From: Nemertoderma westbladi
Taxonomy: Eukaryota; Animalia; Xenacoelomorpha
Direction of reading: 5' to 3'
NCBI GenBank assembly: GCA_032718475.1
Contig: JAUCBJ010003479.1
Location: 1 to 63,639 of the forward strand
Length of the DNA stretch: 63,639 nucleotides
Both the position numbers and the translations under genes were made by a program. Positions 23,058-35,603 of this stretch are shown piece by piece (the stretch's first letter is position 1; every line of letters starts with the position of its first letter). The notes beneath the pieces were generated by a model, which was given only the letters and a program-made list of their open reading frames with translations, searched no databases and was not told where the DNA came from.

Positions 23058-26000
23058 ATGACGGAGTTGATAGAAGATGATCTTGGTATTAGGGAGCGAT
23101 ATACTCTACCTTTACAAGCATTTGTAGATAGCTTAATACGCGGTGAAGCCGATCCAACCATTACGGAGGACGATGGTCATTATATCGAACCGCCGATGTC
23201 CCAAGAGCAACTTGCGCGTGAATTGGACTATCGAAAATTCACCGCTCGCTATACGAATCGTAATGGTACGTATATGGACTTCTTAACTACCGGCCATCCT
23301 ATCGATTTGCATGATACGGACGATGTAGATACAGAGAGGGAAATGGTTCTATTTAAATATCATACCCAGCGGAGTCGTAACGATAAACCGAGAATAGATC
23401 ACGAAAATTCTATTCGTAATCGACTGGAAAGAGAAAACGTTGAAGAACCGGATAAACGCATCGACTTCAACGAATACCTAGAATTTTTGAGAGAAACCTA
23501 TCTCAACATCGCCAGTCAGCAGAACTTAGAGACTCGATATCCTCAAGGTATACATCACGACCCTGTGGTAGAACTCAAACGGCTCTATTTCACTATGATG
23601 TATCTTACCGCCGATCGTCCACTACCTGTTATCCCGGATAGTTTTGAACAAATGGAAGAATACTGCAAAACTGGAGAACGTTCACCCGCGTTTCCTCTAC
23701 AGGACGTACGTCTTTGGTATTATTGTGACGAATGCCCTAGACCCAACCAACAAACGGAAAGACACAAACATCCGCGGAGACGTTGCGCTAAACATAGTTT
23801 TACGCATTACACTTACGGGAGTTTCGAGCGAAACCTGTTCGACATACCACCCATGATCGCTCGTCTTAAACGATCACTGAATAAATCCATGATCAGAGTT
23901 CCGGAATACTCGGTCAGGCCTCCTCATTCCCTAGTGAGACCTCAAACTCTTGATCCTAACAGTATCACTGATCCTCCCGAACTATATTCCCTGTTCAAAG
24001 ACTTAGTGTTACCCGAACAATTAATCGGTGGTGCTCCGGTAGTAGGTTCGTTAGACATCCGCCCATCCTACTTAGCCGGATTGGGACGCGGGCAGCTAAT
24101 ATCGCCCTTTGATCCTTACAATCGTCCAGGATTAAACCCGATGCAACCCGCCACGGAAGTCGAGGAGAGCGTTATAAGAAACGCTTTAGACGCCATTCGA
24201 CAGAAAATCGGAAAGGGAACACAAGATTGTTTAGAGAAACGTAAATTACAACAACAAGTCCAATCGGTGAAGGAGTTAGCCTTGCCACAGTTCGATAGAG
24301 AAATCCAAAACCTCGAGGAAGACATCGAGCTTGGACGCACGTATTCTCTACAAGAATTTTTAGATGAACGCTTACAGAGACAAGCGGAAGAAAATCTAAT
24401 CGAAGAGAAACACACGAAACTGGAAGAAAGAGAAGAAGCCGCTTTAGCCCAACCTGAAGCTCAAATCCTCATGACAGACCTCTACTCTAAAACCGTTCGT
24501 CATCCCTCGATGATTCCACATTTCGGAGACAAGCTCTTCGCGACGATACAGCCTCAACCGGTTGATATCAGTACAGGATCGCAAAATCTTATCGCTGACG
24601 CCCCTATGTTACAGCGTCCGCCGATCGAGGCCGCTCGTGTTGACGGTATACTCGTTGAACCTCCGGACAATCGAGCGGATCTTGTCCGTCGTATGGTACA
24701 TGATGTCAACATACGCGCTAGACCTTTACAGAACTCGTTTTATGGGATTAAAGACCACCCTTATTACGTTAATCTGACTCAATATTATATGGTAAAACCA
24801 GAAGACCCGACGCATAATTTAAAGTTTCTACCACTAATAAATCCTCTAGACATTGTCGAACTCGAACAATTGCAGAAACATCTGGATCAGTTAGTAAAGG
24901 TAAACTCATTTAGAAAACCATATAACATTTCTCGAATCGAGAAAGATATAGAACCTCCTTATAATCTCGATGGATTTATTAAAACTCGATTAGTCCATTG
25001 GAATCTAGATGTATTATTTGAAGAAGAGAAAATACAAAGATATGGAAATGTGGAGACGTATACCACTCGGCATATGAAGTATAGTGATCTCCCTGACGCT
25101 AACCAATGCGCCACCTTGTGGCATCCAGTAGGGATGACCCTAGAGAACGCCACCAAGGAGTGGAATGAAACTCTTAATGTTATTGAGATGTATGGAGTTG
25201 TCACCTACGATAATGAAGGTAGCGTTCCGGTCGGAGAACTAGGAACTACGCGCATGATTCACATACGCGGATTAGCTGGTTCTACCCACGTGTTTACTCG
25301 AGCGTGTTCCGACGTGATTGATTATTCCTTTGAAACTCTCACCGAAACACAAAAGAATCTCCGACATGGACAATTCGAACTCGCGCAGCGTTACGTCATT
25401 GACACCGAACGCAAACCGGCCATGGGCATCGATGGATCGATGTTACCCCAGCCCGTACTCGAAATGTTGTTCAACGAAAGAATCCTTAAAATCGGCTCAG
25501 CTGTTTATGGAGATCTCCAAAACGACTTTCGGAATATGGAGGACATTCCATACCCTTTCGTTGATACTCAGCTGATTGCTCCCTGGGCAGAAGGTCGAGG
25601 TTTCTTCCGCACCATGTATGCTAATACGCCTAGCAACATTACCAAGGTGCAACGAACTTCCATCGGACATCTCGCCTTTCAGGAATACGGATGGAATTTC
25701 AAAGTCGGAAATCCCATTAACTATCAACAAGTATACGGAGACCATTATTCTCGATTATACTTTGATGGACCATTGACCGCACCTGGCGCCGTGTATAGCT
25801 TCATGAGTGTTCCACTCCGTCCCTCCTTAGCTATATACACGATCTTTGAAAACACCGCACTTGCCGGTTGGCTAGCCGATGTGTGCAGTCGTACTATACG
25901 CGCCCATCCATTAATACTTGGGACCAAACTCGCTAAGCTAGATGAACATAATAAATTCATCCGTTTCGAATGTTTCCGGCGATTTTTAACCCCGTTCCAC

Positions 26001-27310
26001 AACGTGGATAGCCAATTTAAAGACCGCGCTTTGACCAAGCTCAGCCTAAGAGACTCAGCTGCAGAGAAGTTGGATAGCGCTGGATTCGCCGTTTTCCAAG
26101 AGATTTGTATATCAAACTTACACTCCTCTGTTATACAAAGACCTCGAATCCCCACAGGTTATTCTGTCGTGGAAATTCAGACAATAGGTCCACCTGAAGA
26201 GACAGACGCGCCCACTTCAGCTATGCACTTGGAAGACGAACCAATATGTTTAGAATCTGAAGAGATTCAGCCTATCGCGCCCCAGACCAGCGACAATGAT
26301 TACATCATAGAATGGTATCAAGGTCCACAGTGTCTCACTGCGTACGATTATCGAGATGCCAACTATGTTTCTAGGCAACGTTGTCGGTTATGCGCATCGA
26401 GAGACCACGATACGCCCATGGACACAACGTCCGCTGTTCCTATTTCCAAGAACAACCGACTATGGAAATTTATTGCGCATATTGCAGACTCAATAACTTG
26501 CATATCTTTGCGGTTTGCCCCCAATTTATGACTCAATGTCACCATTGTCAACTAAAGGGACATGCCAGTTTCGATTGCCCCTTTAATCACGATTTGGAAA
26601 GCGTAGATGAAATGATCACACTACGTTACATCAGAGCTTGGGAAGCGAACGCTGATTTACATTGTGATTCGCGCCATCGCTATTATCCCGGACGCGCTTA
26701 CGAAGGAGTTTATGCGTTCCATCCTTATCTATTCGCTTCGGTTGAACAGAAATCACGCATATCAAGTTACGAGCTACTGAAGCGCGTTGGAGAATGTATT
26801 TCAACCAAATTCGTACGCAAATTTCTCAGGAGTGTTAATCCTAGCGACCTTCATTCCTATAACTTAATCAATTATATCCGTCAGGATCCGGACTATGGAG
26901 ACTTGTTTGTTAACTCACACCCCGAGTTACAGTAAGTACATCGACGGCCTTACGAATACCGAGCCCGCGAACGCGAGTTGGAAAGGACCATTAAACCCCG
27001 GAGGTTTCTAACTGCTTATGGTCCACCCACGGCCCTCGTTCAGACCACTCGTAAAGGACCCGTAAGAGCGGCTGTCTTGAAACGAGCTCTCAAAGCCGTT
27101 AGACCCCTCTCCCCTGACGTTGATGTCAATCAACCCGGTACTTCGACTGGCGGATACACCGACCATAATCCTACACCCTCTGATGCAATCATATTGCACC
27201 CTTCACCCAGGAGTTATAGCCCTCCTTGTAAAGTGGCTCGCCCCAAAGAGAAAAAGACTCTGGCTAGCTTTAAGAAACTGCGTAAACGCCGTCCGCGCAA
27301 GAAAGACTAA
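23058..27310 (+). CDS. Accessory ORF (~1400 codons reconstructed): DEDDy 3'-5' exonuclease-like domain, CCHC zinc knuckles and a basic NLS-like tail; one frameshift and one in-frame stop
   Basis: ExoI-like VVTYDNEG (D at 25209, E at 25215). ExoII-like LPQPVLEMLFNERILKIGSAVYGDL (D at 25512), then FVDTQLIA and SIGHLAFQEYG. ExoIII-like RPSLAIYTIFE. A -1 shift at ~26413 leads into CAYCRLNNLHIFAVCPQFMTQCHHCQLKGHASFDC. After TAA 26933-26935 the same frame stays open to KKLRKRRPRKKD* at 27310. Confidence 0.82.
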
Positions 27311-27377
27311 CTGTTTAGAGTATTTACGTATATTAGAAACTGTGATTTTGTATATTTTATAGACTCAAATCCCATTT

Positions 27378-27388
27378 TCTGGGAGCGG
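27378..27388 (+). other. Polypurine-tract position (TCTGGGAGCGG) abutting LTR2
   Basis: G-rich tract immediately before the TG of LTR2. Confidence 0.75.
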
Positions 27389-28652
27389 TGTAAAAGCTTC
27401 TGTGGAATATAGCTGGCCCTTTTGCTTCGCAATCCAGTTTCCCCCCCAGGCGCTGGAATACTCTAAAAGGTTCTCTAACTGTATATATATTCCCCTCGCC
27501 CGCAAGGTACCGTTATAGGTGTTTTAACGGACATAAAAGTCCTTCTGCTATATACGTGTTTTGGCGGACATGGTAAGGCAAAAAACCTGCAATGTACCAA
27601 ATACCTTTACACAGCTTAGCCTTGATGATTCAGATTGCGACATCTAGCAGCTGGTTGCTGGCATGGAAACAGCCATTGGACGCAGGGTTCTTTGTTTGGC
27701 TTGAGCCAATCAGAGCGATTTTTTCTGTTGACGTGTAGATATTTGGTCGATCATGCTGGGAGTGTTCAGTCTTACTGTTTTTTTAGTGATACTTTGTGTT
27801 ATTGCTATCTGGGCCAGGAACACCGGCTAGAGTCAACTCGGTTTCATACTTTAGAAGAAACATTAGTAGGCTTAAATTATAGAGCGTATAACCGTTATCA
27901 TAACTTATCACATCACTTATCTAATCATATCAACTGATCGCAATTCAGTCTTACATTATCGGTTCAATATACATTATTATACTGCTATTTACTATTGTTT
28001 GGTTGAATATTATTTGGAGAACATTTATAAAGAACCCAAATTTCCCAATTTTCTTGATACACTACAGGTTAGAGAGACGGGTTATATATAGCGATTGCGA
28101 CTTATATTATTGTGTATGTAGTGAATTTAATGCTATTTGATAAGCACTACATTGGTCCGTTGCTGTTCTCTTTATATATGATAAAAAACATTGACGGTCG
28201 GCAAATTAGTGGGCAGTATTGTGTGTTACCGGTAGTGTGCATGATTGTGACTGATAACGAAGCATTTCCTAAAGAATGCGCCTTATACGTGAATCATAAG
28301 CCTTACTGTTGCGTGTAGTATAAGTCATATCTCTGTTTACCTAGATAGAGCGCCACGTCGTAAAGGAACTGTTAATATTTCCCGAAAGTGAATAATATTA
28401 GTCAGAAATTATTTATTAACGATCAATCGAATAATACAATACAGTAAGCTTCACTGCAATAATAATCTAAGCCCTCAGAATCCAGTCTCCCGGGTATATC
28501 CAGCGGGTGAATGGACGCGCACTAGGCTGGCTTCTGCTAATGTTGTGTTTATTGGTATTAAATATTTGTCATCTTCTAAAGTCTATTTATAAACCAAAAG
28601 ACATATAAATTTTGGCAGGTTAAACTGCTAAAGGTCTTCAAAAGCGTGTACA
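27389..28652 (+). repeat. LTR2 (1264 bp), shared: 3' LTR of unit 1 and 5' LTR of unit 2
   Basis: Runs TGTAAAAGCTT...AAGCGTGTACA and is followed by the same leader (ATAACGGTTATTGAC...) as LTR1. Confidence 0.95.
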
Positions 28653-30885
28653 ATAACGGTTATTGACTTTATTGCAGTAAGCAATAAAGTTGAAAGTACC
28701 GGTCGACCGGTAAACCTGAACCGGTACTTCTGTAGGTCCGTAGGCCCAACTGCCAGAACCGGTACTGCTGTAGGTCCGTAGGTCCAACTGTCAGAACCGG
28801 TACTTCTGTAGGCCTGTAGGCCCAACTGTCCTAACCGGTACTTCCAGTATAAGTACATTAGTATTATTCGATTTTGATTACTGTATACTGGTAGGTCTTA
28901 GTATTTAATCAGGGACTGCAGCCCTGGTTTTTTATTGAGATTTTACTCATTTCTGTCGGTTTTATTTACATGTAAGTTAATATTGAGCTGAAGACGTGTA
29001 AGTCTGCTCAGATTGTTCAGATAATTGTAGGCCGGACTGTTGTTAGATTGTTGTTGAGTTTGGAGAGATTACGGCGTGTGTAGAGTTTGTCCGATAGAGT
29101 GCCAGTTAGTAAGTTGGGGCAGCCATAGCTGTAAGGTCAATCCCCTCTTAAAGAATAAGTCGTACTATCGTGTTAGAACGCATACTAACTAACAATTTTG
29201 GAATCTGCACATACTGTAGTTTATTTAGGCTTGACAGTATTCTGCCAGCGCTTTGGCCTGTGTTTGTTTGTGTGGTCTGTTCAGGTACCGTAATAGTTAT
29301 TACTCAGATATTTTGTAGGCTGGATTGTTGTCTAGCTATTATTAGGTCTGAAGAGATTGCTGCGTGTGTAGAGTTTGTCCGATAGAGTGCCAGTTAGTAA
29401 GTTGGGGCAGCCATAGCTGTAAGGTCAATCCCCTCTTAAAGAATAAGTCGTACTACCGTGTTAGAACGCATACTAACTAACCATTTTGGAATCTGCACAT
29501 ACAGTAGTTTATTTAGGCTTGGTGGTAGTCTGCCAGCGTTTGGTTTGTATTTTGTTTGAGTATTCTGTACGGGTAGCGTAATATTTATTATTCAGAGTTT
29601 ATGCGATTATTCGCAACATTTATGTCCCCAAGTTTATTCCGACAGTAATTGTGTTTGTTACACATACCGTTATAGTTAAATTAACCCCGGTACTACACGG
29701 GCTGCTTGGCGTAGGTAAAGACTGGTGATTTTGTGCACTGGTCACTCCAGCAGATGCCGTGGTTCTTTTAACTGTTCAAGTATATTTAACTACTGATTAT
29801 TTGTTGTACCAGTACTTGTACCTAATTTAGGGTTTAGTGTACAGTGCTTTCCGAAAGTAATTAGTGTGTAGGCAGTATATTTGTGTTGTAAAGTGGTTAA
29901 TAGGCACGTTGGATCTGGTAGTCCGCGGTAATTAACTTCCAGGTAGGAACACTCCGTGATACATAACGTAGTACCTATAGCGATACGGCTATAGGTCGTC
30001 AGGCGGTGGTATTTTCCTATCTGGACAGTGCAATATATTTACTACTACTTATTATTTTCAAATACCGTAGTACCCTGTCCGTTGTAATAACCAGAATTCT
30101 AACCCTTTGTTAGGCTGGTTTGTAGACTTCCTGTAAAATTACCCTAAAAATTTCGTACGTAATATTTTGTTGTGTTTAATTAGAGAATTAATCTCACCCG
30201 TATCGTAAGTAATTTGTAGTATTAAGTAACTTAGGAAAATTAGAATAATCTGTTTTAGTGTCAAATAAGTAGCACTCCACTGAGAGCGCACAGCTTCTGT
30301 GTAGTGACCCCAGAAATAATAACATTTATTTCAAATATTGACAAAACCCATTTTAAACGGGTATATAAATATTATAAATCAACTCAAACGATTTATAAAT
30401 AGTAGGCCTGCCATACAACAACTAGGTCTCAATATCAGTTGGACTACTGCTTAAATAACGGTAACAAAGTAAGTTAAAGTAACCAAGTAACCCTAAAATA
30501 TTCAGAAATTCAATTATTCTAAAATCATTGATATACCGGTATTTACCATAGGCTTATTATATTTATTTCTATAAATTTGAGCTAAAATCATACCGGTATT
30601 CTGTAATTAATTCTAGTTCATAATTATACTTATATATACTATAAGTGTAGGCTGTATACCGGTATTCACGATAGGCCTATTATATATTTATATATATTTG
30701 TGCTAAATTTATATACCGGTACTCTGTGACAAAACTAGTTTACAATACTTATATATATTATAAGTGTATACCGGTATTCTAATATACTGCAATAAATTAC
30801 TGGTACTAGGCCAACGGTCATACTGAATTACTAGACTTGCTTTAACTGTAACTATAGCAGTAAGCATTCAACTGTATAGCTAAAC

Positions 30886-32217
30886 ATGTCTGACACTCAG
30901 CAAAACCTGTCAGACAGTCTAATCGATACAACCATCTGTGACACAGATAGGAGTGTGGAGCGATTAAGAAAGGAGTTCAGCTCACCTCCTACTGAAAGAA
31001 AAGTCATCCCTCCAGTAGTGGTATCGGACCCTAAGCTAATCCAACACCGTAGGTCTATCATCGGCACTCGGGCCCAAGTCAAACGGAACCAGGAAGCAGC
31101 TGTCCCACACCAGCAACAGCCTAGTCAAGAAACTCGTTCCCAGCGATCCGATAGCTCCAGTAGTTCGGATACTGTCGAGCTGACCCCTGAACGCGGATTA
31201 CGGATGGCGGCTAAAGCCTACTCGGACCCCCTTCTCACCCTTCCTGCCGCAGTGCTAACTACTATATTGATTGCGGTGGAGGAACATCAAGCCGATTGGG
31301 CGAGAAATAAGCGAGCGACCCAAGATAATTATGCGGGATACGCCAGGGAAGAATTGATGTCTATTGTCGAGTCACAATGGAACTTTCCCGGACCCGGACT
31401 CCCGTTAGATTTGTCCGAAGCTACTTGGGAAGACATACACAGGATGGGAGTGACTAAAGATACAATGGATCCAGCTGTTTGGAAGAGGTCGGCAGCAGGA
31501 TATGTGCAGGGATTCTTCGGCTCCTTAGAGCGATTAGAAGAACAACTGTTTCGACAACCCCAAGGACCTCAAGAGCAGGAAGAACTGCTATACCAAGTAC
31601 GCGAAAGAACCCTACGCATTCGACTAATCCTATCAGCCTTTGAGGAAACTTCCAAAAGAAGACAGGACACGTCGCTGCAAGTTGCTGTCAAAACTTGGTT
31701 CCAGCGGGTAGGTCGCAAAGTACAAGAAACGGACCAGTGGAAATCCCAGCTGTCTGAGAGGCTAACCTATGAAGAACCAACCGATGCCACCCTTCCTCAA
31801 GTGGAAGGCGAAGAGACCGCAGAGAGACCACGAACGGGAGACGCCATAGACATTTATCTGTCCGACTATCAGCGATTCCTAGGAGACGAAGAGTTGAGGA
31901 GACGGCTGTCTGGACTCTCCCCTAATAGTGAAGGAACCCAACGTGTGTTAGACTCAATCGATGCTGAAATGTTAGCTGCTAACCAAGCAGAATTTGATGA
32001 AAAACTCCGCCTCGCTAGAGTCCAAGAAGAACAAGTAAAGAAAAGACGGATAGAGGAACAAAAGGCGGCAGCTATGGCAGAAGCAGAAGCAGAAAGAAAG
32101 GCAGCGGCGGCAGAAGCAGAAGCAGAAAGAAAAGCAGCAAAGGCAGCGACGGCAGAAGCAGAAGCAAAAAGAAAGGCAGCGGCGGCAGAAGCAGAAGCAG
32201 AAAGAAAAGCAGCAAAG
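30886..32217 (+). pseudogene. gag: Truncated second gag copy fused to LTR3 by an internal deletion
   Basis: Near-identical to 13249-~14575 and breaks inside the AEAERKAA repeat. The last residues (PIRAIFSVDV) are read from LTR sequence. Confidence 0.93.
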
Positions 32218-33164
32218 CCAATCAGAGCGATTTTTTCTGTCGACGTGTAGATATTTGGTCGATCATGCTGGGAGTGTTCAGTCTTACTGTTTTTTTAGTG
32301 ATACTTTGTGTTATTGCTATCTGGGCCAGGAACACCGGCTAGAGTCAACTCGGTTTCATACTTTAGAAGAAACATTAGTAGGCTTAAATTATAGAGCGTA
32401 TAACCGTTATCATAACTTATCACATCACTTATCTAATCATATCAACTGATCGCAATTCAGTCTTACATTATCGGTTCAATATACATTATTATACTGCTAT
32501 TTACTATTGTTTGGTTGAATATTATTTGGAGAACATTTATAAAGAACCCAAATTTCCCAATTTTCTTGATACACTACAGGTTAGAGAGACGGGTTATATA
32601 TAGCGATTGCGACTTATATTATTGTGTATGTAGTGAATTTAATGCTATTTGATAAGCACTACATTGGTCCGTTGCTGTTCTCTTTATATATGATAAAAAT
32701 CATTGACGGTCGGCAAATTAGTGGGCAGTATTGTGTGTTACCGGTAGTGTGCATGATTGTGACTGATAACGAAGCATTTCCTAAAGAATGCGCCTTATAC
32801 GTGAATCATAAGCCTTACTGTTGCGTGTAGTATAAGTCATATCTCTGTTTACCTAGATAGAGCGCCACGTCGTAAAGGAACTGTTAATATTTCCCGAAAG
32901 TGAATAATATTAGTCAGAAATTATTTATTAACGATCAATCGAATAATACAATACAGTAAGCTTCACTGCAATAATAATCTAAGCCCTCAGAATCCAGTCT
33001 CCCGGGTATATCCAGCGGGTGAATGGACGCGCACTAGGCTGGCTTCTGCTAATGTTGTGTTTATTGGTATTAAATATTTGTCATCTTCTAAAGTCTATTT
33101 ATAAACCAAAAGACATATAAATTTTGGCAGGTTAAACTGCTAAAGGTCTTCAAAAGCGCGTACA
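32216..33164 (+). repeat. LTR3, 5'-truncated (949 bp; equals LTR1 10067-11015)
   Basis: Starts AGCCAATCAGAGCG, ends AAGCGCGTACA, and is followed directly by the TSD TAACA. Confidence 0.95.
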
Positions 33165-33961
33165 TAACACAACACAATCCTGGATTCTATAGCAAGGTTG
33201 GGGGAAAAACAGTTCAAAAATAATTAACGGTTGGCTGCTGTGTTAGTTTTCCAAGCGGCGTCAAGAAGAAAAAAGGCACTGCACTGGCGGCGTTAGGTAC
33301 TACTGCACTGCTGGCGCATCCCGGGGCTGACGGACACCGGCTGTCACTCATCCTGGACCTGCCCTGCATTGTTTATTTGGCAATAGGTAGCGGCAGCCAC
33401 AATCCGCACTCTTAAAACAACTTAGCTTTAGTTAGGCCAGCCTGTCTGCATGTGTGCTGTGCACTTCTTACTGGTCGGCAATGCCTAATCTCTAAAATCA
33501 CAAACGGATTATTCTCCATAGGAATTACATTACATACGCACATACACGTATGTATAACGGATACGGCGAAAAGTTATACCCGTTTAGATTCCCCTCGTGC
33601 ATCGTTTCCATGTCAGCGGCCAATAGCGATTAGGAACACATTTTCTTAATCAGCCAATAAGGACCGGGTAACACATCAGTTATTCTAGTTTCTATACAAA
33701 TAATGCAAGCAAATCTTCATTTACATTAATAACCTTGGAAGTCAAATTTTCACCTTTTTTCCTTGGGGGGGGGGGGGGGGGGGGTTGCCTTTTATACATG
33801 GGGGTACGGGTCTGCCTTTTGATCCTTGTTTTATACACTAAAAAGTGTAACCAACCCACGAATAAACAACCACAATCAATCATGGTTGCTAATTACAGTC
33901 ATTCTTACCGGTAATGTAATTTGTACTACTAGGATCGGCATGCTGCAGTGCAGCTGCATTT

Positions 33962-34940
33962 TTAAGAATGTTGTGCCGGCTTGTCGATAAAATTGCGCCG
34001 CAACAACTCCCTATCACCCATGACATTTGCTAGATCATCCGCATCTTCAAGGCCAGTGTACTTTAAGATGCGTCTCATGAAAGTCATGGGCTGTCCACCA
34101 TGCTTATTCACTCCATGAGGCTGCCAAAGTACAAAATTATGCACTGGCTGGTCCTCACGGCGAAAGCAATGTCCTGCAAAGCAGAGGCGATTTTGTTCTA
34201 GTGTCACGCTTGGGGGAACCAATGAGACACCTCCAATGTTATATAGTGTCTGCTTGGAGATGTGTGCATTATACTTGACACAATGAACCCGGCGTAGCAT
34301 TCTTGTGAATGTGCCATCCAGAGATTTTGTGTCCTTAGCAGTTAGAGCCCAGCATTGACTCCCATAGAGGAGTACTGGATCTACTGCTGCTCTAAATAAT
34401 CGGACCTTAAGTTTCCGATTGATTCTCGGTGACTTCCAAATCCTGGAAAGCCTTTTCAAGGCTGCCAATGCCTTTCCCTTACGTATTCTAAGGTCCACAC
34501 CTGACTTCCGGATCCATGATCCCAGGTAACAGAAGTCGTCAACATGCTCAAGCATGTCATCCTTTAAGCTTATGCTCATCCGATCAGAAACTTGCTAAGG
34601 ACTTTCAAAGTTAACTGTCAAAATTTTGGTCTTTCTGGAGTTAATAAAAAGACCAACACAAGAAGCAGCATGTTCTAATGAGCGGAGGAGCCGTTGGGCT
34701 CCCTCTATTGATTCTGAGAGTACTCCTAAGTCATCAGTAAAGTCTAGATCAGTTAGGTACTTGGCAGGATTTCCTCGACTTCTGGAGCCAGCAGGTGGAG
34801 TTATCATCACCCCATCATCATTATGATGATCTAAGGACATGCGTAGAACATAGTCAACCACAATTATGAACAAGAATGGTGCAAGTGTGTCTCCCTGGAG
34901 GACGCCCCATAACACTTCAAATGGTTCTGTTTCACCATCA
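33962..34940 (-). mobile_element. 5'-truncated RTE-like non-LTR retrotransposon (RT C-terminal half, one in-frame stop at 34595-34597)
   Basis: Motifs GVLQGDTLAPFLFIIVVDYVLR, DLDFTDDL, VDDFCYLGSWI and LLYGSQCWALT. The two listed ORFs share a frame. Confidence 0.9.
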
Positions 34941-34942
34941 AC

Positions 34943-35398
34943 GTTAAACTAACTGATGAATAAAGGTTAGGACAGCGGTTAAACTAACTGAGGGCCAAAG
35001 GTTAGGACAGTGGTTAAACTAACTGAGGACCAAAGGTTAGGACAGTGGTTAAACTAACTGATGAACAAAGGTTAGGAGAGCGGTTAAACTAACTGATGAA
35101 TAAAGGTTAGGACAGCGGTTAAACTAACTGATGAATAAAGGTTAGGACAGCGGTTAAACTAACTGATGAATAAAGGTTAGGACAGCGGTTAAAGTAACTG
35201 ATGAACAAAGGTTAGGACAGCGGTTAAACTAACTGATGAACAAAGGTTAGGAGAGCGGTTAAACTAACTGATGAATAAAGGTTAGGACAGCGGTTAAACT
35301 AACTGATGAATAAAGGTTAGGACAGCGGTTAAACTAACTGAGGACCAAAGGTTAGGACAGCGGTTGAACTAACTGATGAATAAAGGTCAGGACAGCAG
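34943..35398. repeat. 35-bp minisatellite (~13 copies)
   Basis: Unit GGTTAAACTAACTGATGAATAAAGGTTAGGACAGC. Confidence 0.95.
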
Positions 35399-35603
35399 TT
35401 ACAATAACAAAGTTTAGGATGTTGAGGAACAAAGTTGAGTGTAAAATGCTTAAACGAACTTTTTTAAAATATATTATCAGTATAGCTTGATTAAGTTTTT
35501 GAAGGCATTCCTGACTTGACTGGGCGCCATATTAATTCAACTATGCGGCAAAAGTGCCGCCCAGTGGCAATGTTAATATTCTCCATGAATAGTAAGTACA
35601 CTC

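Larger units (their letters stand above)
9746..33164 (+). mobile_element. Composite BEL/Pao insertion: full-length ~18.9 kb unit plus a tandem deleted unit sharing the middle LTR
   Basis: Termini are TGTAA...TACA. The 5-bp direct repeat TAACA lies at 9741-9745 and 33165-33169. There are three LTR copies and BEL-type gag-PR-RT-RH-IN order. Confidence 0.95.

Noticed and set aside
23058-26531. env gene
   Set aside because: It is in the env position, but there is no evident signal peptide, transmembrane anchor or Cys-rich ectodomain; it has nuclease and zinc motifs instead.
33170-33700. CCAAT-rich segment as the missing upstream LTR of the left element
   Set aside because: No visible similarity to 3231-4695 and no pol nearby.
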